A stretch of DNA of 64,000 bases from Camelus dromedarius (lineage: Eukaryota), in NCBI RefSeq assembly GCF_036321535.1, contig NC_087452.1, forward strand, positions 5,580,001-5,644,000, given 5' to 3'. Shown here piece by piece: positions 58,531 through 64,000 of this stretch. A program made the translations under genes and the position numbers. A model generated the notes under the pieces. It made no database searches. It had not been told where the DNA came from and saw nothing but the letters and a program-made list of their open reading frames with translations. The stretch's first letter is position 1. Every line of letters begins with the position of its first letter.

Positions 58531-59813
58531 CCTCAAGGACAAAAGTGTGTCCTCAAAACTCATGAAGGCCAGTGCTCTAGACCAAGGCTGTGGGGTTGGG
58601 AGGTGAGGAACAGGGGGCAGCTCTGATTTTTTTTCTGAGTTTGAGTGACATGACGGGGTGGAGGGTCAACTGTAAGTGCAAAGGGGGAGTATGGGATGAT
58701 TTCAAAGTGGACCGTGGGGACTGGATGGGCGATGGGGCTTCTCGATTAGAGGGGATGACAGAGGAAGAGCCGGGGGGCAAGGGCGCAGGAAGGACGAGTT
58801 ACAAGCTTGAATGTGGCCATGCTGAGCTAGAGGTACGATGACGTGATGAAGGACAGTCCTCTAAGGTGCTGTCACCCGCAGGCACCCTCAGTCCCTTATC
58901 CCTGGGGGCTCCGTCATAAAACCTCTGGAGAAGCTGAGCCAAAGCCAGATTTATGACCCACACACCGTCCAGATTCCTGGTTCTCCACCCATGATCACTG
59001 AATTGTGATATCAGCCATCAGTCAAGCACTGAGAATTATTCTGCACCTACTGTGTGCTTAGCCTGATCTTCACTGTGTGGGAGTAAATAATCCCAGGCAT
59101 GTGTAGGAAAGAAGGGTGCTGCGTCCCCACTGGGGCAATTTTCCAAATATGGACGAGGTGCTGCTGAGCAGATTGGTGGTGCAGAGCCCAGGCTGGAAAT
59201 TGGGCCCGGGGCCCTGGAGGGGGTGGCAGAGAAGCAGAGGGAGGGGGAGGCCGGCTGATGGAGCACTGCCCTGGCCCACCACTGACCCCTCCTGGGAGTC
59301 CAGGGATCCTGCTTAGCTTTGGGAAAGACCCTGGGGTTAGGTGAAATAGAAACAGAGATTAGGGAATAGAAATAAAGAATAGGAGAAATCACAGAAACAG
59401 GAAATAGAGATTGTTTCTGAGGTGGGAGGCCCCCGTGCTGGAGGTCTAGGGGTGCCTGGCTTTGCGAGGGATCCCCGGGTCTGAGTCACCTGGGCAGACA
59501 TCGCCACTGCGTTGGGCTCTGTGCTGGGCTCTCCCCTGTCCTGGCGTAGTCCGTCGTCACACACGGGGGTCAGAGACCTGAAGCAGCTGGCCGGTGTCAC
59601 GCAGCCAGTACGTGGCAGAGCTGGGTTTCTGTTCAAGCCTGGCAGACCTGGGTGCTGGGCTTCCCCTCCCCCTCCCCCGGCCACATGTCAGCGGCACACC
59701 TTGGTCTCTGGGTGAAGTTGAGAAAGATAGAACATTTGCAAACAGTGTAAGATTCATCTCAGAATTACCAAATTGAGTGTTTTTTTAAAACATAGACTGG
59801 GAGCAGCAGAGAG

Positions 59814-59992
59814 GTGTGTGTGTGTGTATCAGTGTGTGTGTGTATAGACACACTTTATCATGTGTATATTACTGAGCACCTACTACGTACCAGATCCTGG
59901 GGATACAGCCGTGACCGAGGCACAGTTTGTCCAGGCTCTTGGGGAGTCACGGGTGGGTGTGTTCAGACACAAAAACACACACACACACACAC
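59814..59992. repeat. (GT)n tracts and an (AC)9 tract flanking an L2 tail fragment
   Basis: GT runs 59814-59843; AC run 59975-59992; tattactgagcacctactacgtaccag between them. Confidence 0.85.
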
Positions 59993-60369
59993 GTGTGCAC
60001 GCTTTAGTGTTCTAAACCTGTGTCTCAGGAATCAACACGCTGGCCTTGCACAGATCCACACAGATACGTGCCCCAGGGCTCACACTCCCCACATGCTCAC
60101 CGCCACACACACACAGATCCACCCACAGGGATGAACCTCCAGCCGGGAGGCCCATCCTATTTCACCGTAAAGACAGGACCTGAATCCAGCTCTTGTCCCC
60201 ACCCCGCCCATCAGGCAGGGACCAGGCTCGCGGAGTTGATGCTGCAGGTGCAGGGTGGCCCGTGGACTCTGCTGAGAGTCACCGCCGCCCTCTATTAAAC
60301 ACGGCCCTGGACGCTTGGTGTGCCTTGTCTCCTTTCACGTTTACTCCAGCCCCGGAGGCAAGTCCAGTT

Positions 60370-60920
60370 ACTCCCCTGTCTTCTAGGTGAGGAAACCGAG
60401 GCTCAGAGAGATGGGCCGTCTCACTCAGGGTCTCACGCAGCCCACGAGTGGCAGAGCACAGACTTGAACCCTAAACTCCTTGGAAACAGCACCCCAAAGC
60501 TGGTGATGCTCGAGATGACCCTGATGCCTGGATCCTCTGGGGTGGCCGAGCCCTCAGACTTCTCTTGTAACTTCCTGACAAGCTGAGACCTTCCAGAACA
60601 TGGGGCACTTTTCTCCTGATGCCCCACGTCTAGTTCCCAGAGCTGATGTCCAGTTTCCTCGCAGCCTGGCCAGTGAGTTGTAAGATGGGAAGAAAGAAAG
60701 CCTTAGAGCCTAACAGAGCGTCAAGGAGGCTGCCGCTCAGCGGTGGTGAACGGGCTACTTTGCAGCCAGACGCCCCACCCCACTCCAGCCTCAGTGTCTC
60801 CAGCCATTAAACGAGAATGTAATAGTACCTGACATGGGATTCTGTTCAGTGTTAAATGAGATCGCACACGTCAAATGCTTAACCCAGAGCCTGGCACCCA
60901 GGTTGGTACTGCTGTTTCGT
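60370..60920. mobile_element. MIR (- about 60370-60480) and MIR (+ about 60745-60920)
   Basis: aggtgaggaaaccgaggctcagagag; agcctcagtgtctcc...gttaaatgagatcgcac...gagcctggcaccca. Confidence 0.75.
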
Positions 60921-60999
60921 TATTCTTGGCATCTGTTCATCCACCCCTGGATGACTTCCTGTGGGCCTGTTTGGTGGCGGAGTGAGTGTGTCATGCTCT

Positions 61000-61340
61000 A
61001 GCCATATGGGGCAGGCTTACATTCTAGTGGGAGAGATGGAAGTATAATAAATAAAAGTAGTTTGGTGCGAGAGATGCTGGGAAGGAGGTCTGAACAGGGT
61101 ACTGTGGGGGCACAGAAGGCTGTGGTACATTATGTGAAGAAGCAAGGAGGGCCCTGGAGTGGAGCCTCCTAAAAGCGGGATATTTTCCCATCGGACAGGG
61201 TGAGAAAGGGCATTCCAGGAGGAGCGACCAGTAGAGGCAAAAGTTCAGGACAAGAATAGTCAGATGTACTGGAGAAAATGTACATGAGCCAGGAGGAGCA
61301 GGTTCTGATATCCACAGGGCCCAGGCACGTGAGCTAGGTG
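61000..61340 (-). mobile_element. L2 LINE remnant
   Basis: gcttacattctagtgggagag, gggtactgtgggggcacag, agggcattccaggagg. Confidence 0.7.
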
Positions 61341-61384
61341 AGAGAAGCAGGCTAAGGGTGAGACAATATGGAGTGGTGGGGACT

Positions 61385-61612
61385 GTGGCCAACTCGAAGG
61401 TACTTGACAGCTCTAAAAGAGAAGTGGGACTCAGCTCCAGGCAGTTGTTGCTGTGAAGGAAAGCTGGCCCCATGTTGCCAGGTCTTCCAAGTTGTTGAGA
61501 GATGCCAGGAACCTAGGTTTTTATGTGAAATCTCCTGACTTTGAAACACTGAGCCCCACTGAGGAAATCAAACAAAATATACCCGGGGGCCACCACATTG
61601 TAGCCTCTGGTG
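61385..61612. mobile_element. Ancient hAT-like DNA transposon fragment (same family as 28775-29020)
   Basis: ccccatgttgccaggtcttcc...ggttttatgtgaaatctcctgactttgaaac...caaacaaaat. Confidence 0.55.
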
Positions 61613-62716
61613 TAGATCCTGACAGTGGGGTGGGTTGTGGGCAGTGGCACTAGAGGAAGTGAACCTGTGGGTTCTATACTCTGCTTTGTGTCGGCAGGCC
61701 TGTGTCTGCACCGTGGCCATGACCTGGCACATGAGCAGTGCCTACTCAACGCTTGTTCTGCAGATGAGTCAGGGAATTTGGACTTTATCTGGAAGGTTTG
61801 GGGAGACTGAGGTTTGGAGCAGAAGAATAAAATGATGGAACTGGTATTTTATGGCCATGACTCCACCTGCCACAGGAGGCTGGCTTAGCGCGGGAAGACA
61901 GGAGGCAGAGAGGTGGGCCAGGATGCTTAACAGGGCCCCAGGCAGAGGTAGTGGTGGCTAGGGCCAAGGCTGTGGGGTGAGAGGACAGAAGGGGTCCTAG
62001 AGGAGTCGACTCTATGCAGATATCAACTTGGAAAGGGCAAGAGAGGGAACAGCAGAGCACCCCAGCCCCCTGACCCATGGCGGGGGTAGGGGGGGCTCAG
62101 GCAGGAACCTGTGGGAGAAGTGTATGGGGGCAGTGGAGGAGGGGAGATGAGCCTGGTTTGAGCCATGTGAAGTTTCGATGCCCTTGGGACCCCCAAGAGG
62201 TGTGCCACCTGACCAAACCTGCAGCCCTCAAGGGAGGAGGGCTGGAGACTCAAAATTACACCCCCATCCGGATCTCACCCTCTCTCCAAGGGGCCCTGGG
62301 ATCTCTGTTCTCTTTGTGGTTGCTCTGTGGTCTGCGAGTTGACAAGTGTTTTTCTTGGGCGTTGGTTTGTGTTTTGTTCCTAGAAAGGCTGAAGAGGGAG
62401 AAAGCAGGTTGGTGCTTAAGGCCAGAACAAAGCGCTGGGAATCCATCAGCCCTGGTGGTGTCTCCCCACCCCCCAGCCCCATGATGTGGGCAGGGGTTGG
62501 AGCGGGGGTGGACAGGTAGAAAGCCCCCTGGGGCAGCCAGGCCCCACAGCCCCCACAGGAGGAAATCTCACGCCCCGGAGCAGTCTGTGAGCTCTGCTCT
62601 CCTGAACTCTGGCAAGGAGGACAGTGCTTTACCTGCTTTTGAGAGAAGAAAAGGATTTGCTAAGCAGATTGATGCTTTAACAAGCACACTTAGGAGAGCG
62701 GGCTTTTAGCAGCAGC

Positions 62717-62772
62717 ATTTGCATGCCAACAATGAGTGCACAAATTATAAATGACTTCTTATCTATTTTTAA
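62717..62772. promoter_or_regulatory. Candidate Sox-Oct composite element plus MEF2 site
   Basis: ATTTGCAT-gcc-AACAATG (62717-62734); CTATTTTTAA (62763-62772). Confidence 0.45.
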
Positions 62773-63539
62773 AGCAGTTTTAAGTCTTCTCATCTGCTGT
62801 CAAGTGTGTCACCGAGCCTACCAAGGACATTCAGAGCAAGGCTGCGCTCCTTTTGAAAAGAAACTCTTCTGTCCTATCTGAGAACGAACATTTATTGAGC
62901 AAGCTGTGTGGTGTGGTAGAGGCACCAGCTCACCTAAGCCTCCCATGGGTCCCCAGAGGGGTGGCGTTGTCACTTCTGCCAGAGGAAAGGAGGCTCGGCT
63001 GATGGGAGGTGAGCTGCAGGTGCAGGTGGGCTCAGCTGCGAGGGCAGTCACCCAGGGCTGCTGCCTGCCGGGTCTGAGTTCTTTTTGCTACATCTCAGGG
63101 TGCTCTCTCCCTAATTCAAGTTTCTGTCCCTCGATCAGAGCAAGGATGGGCTGAAATGGAGCCTCTAGGGGTTTGGAGAGCCAGGGTAGAGGGCAAAGGA
63201 TGGAGAGAAGGAACTGAGACGTCAAGGAAAGGAGGAGGCCCAGCTCAGAGTGGAGAGAAATGAAACAGGAAGGAGGAGGAGGGAGACTCCGAGGGCTGGT
63301 ACCAGGCGTGGCCTGGTTCACATCCCAGCGTTGCCATGCGCTTCCCCGGGGCCAGTCCTTTCCCCTCTCTGGGCCTCAGGTGACCCATCAGCAGAGGGTA
63401 GTTTGTCCTCCAGATCACCTTTCTGCAACCTGGGTCATTTGTGTCCTTCACAGGGTTCACCATCTGCACTGTTACCAACTTACTCTTTTTTTTTCTTCTT
63501 TTTTTAGCATTTAGCATGAAAGATATATTTTGCCAGGTT

Positions 63540-63712
63540 TTTTGTTTATTTTTTTAATTGAAGTATAGTCGATTTACAGTGTTGTGTTAATTTCTAGTGT
63601 ACAGCACAGTGATTCAGTTACACATATCTATATATTCCTCTTCAGATTCTTTTTCATTATAGGCCATGACAAGATATTGAATATAGGTCCCTGTGCTCTA
63701 CAGTAGGACCTT
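63540..63712 (-). mobile_element. Artiodactyl-type L1 3' end
   Basis: ttttaattgaagtatagtcgatttacagtgttgtgttaatttctagtgtacagcacagtgattcagtt...ccctgtgctctacagtaggacc. Confidence 0.85.
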
Positions 63713-63914
63713 CAACAAGGTCCAGCTTATTCTTGCTTTTGTCAGTTCCCCACTTTTACTTGATTGCATTGTTTTAGAGATAAATTTTATTATGCATCGT
63801 CAATGGAATAGAATATCACTTGTCATATGCAGAAGCTAACCATCAAAATGAATACCAAGAAATGAAAAACAGTAATGGGATTAAATTCTACCCAGCTGTG
63901 TGGCCTGAGGTCCT

Positions 63915-63957
63915 CTCCCTCCCTCCCTCCATCTCTCTCTCTCTCTCTCTCTTTCTC
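63915..63957. repeat. (CCCT)n/(CT)n polypyrimidine microsatellite
   Basis: ctccctccctccctccatctctctctctctctctctctttctctg. Confidence 0.9.
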
Positions 63958-64000
63958 TGTTAGAAGAGACGGAGCTCATCAGGTGCCAGGGGTGGGCATT

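Noticed and set aside
1-64000. CRISPR arrays, tRNA/rRNA genes, known miRNA hairpins, prokaryotic defence or mobile systems
   Set aside because: No regularly spaced repeat-spacer array, no tRNA or rRNA sequence, and no mature miRNA I could recall was matched; the sequence is plainly mammalian

Overview
Mammalian genomic DNA, GC-moderate and dense in ancient repeats (MIR, L2, L1M, MaLR/ERVL LTRs, hAT and Tigger DNA transposons). It is probably from a camelid. This rests on a young L1 3' end that resembles camelid L1 as I recall it, an artiodactyl-type L1 3' end, and no ruminant or pig SINEs that I could see. I recognise no known protein-coding gene, RNA gene, CRISPR array or prokaryote-type system. 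Most ORF-track entries are chance GC-rich ORFs, antisense repeat reads or N-run artefacts. The window looks like a large intron or 5'-UTR region of a probably + strand transcription unit. All six LTR fragments I could orient lie on the - strand, and the best splice signals are on +: a 45-nt exon candidate at 49751-49795 and a CpG-rich exon/promoter candidate ending at a donor at 57678. The best leads are candidate regulatory modules (D-box/E-box cluster near 23.7-23.9 kb, Sox-3bp-Oct plus MEF2 near 62.7 kb, CRE/G4/ETS near 13.3 kb), a signal-peptide-like 72-aa smORF behind a strong acceptor (42595-42813), a 5'-inverted L1 nested three levels deep, and several very recent short tandem duplications. 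Repeat family names come from memory of consensus sequences, and boundaries are approximate unless exact motifs are quoted.
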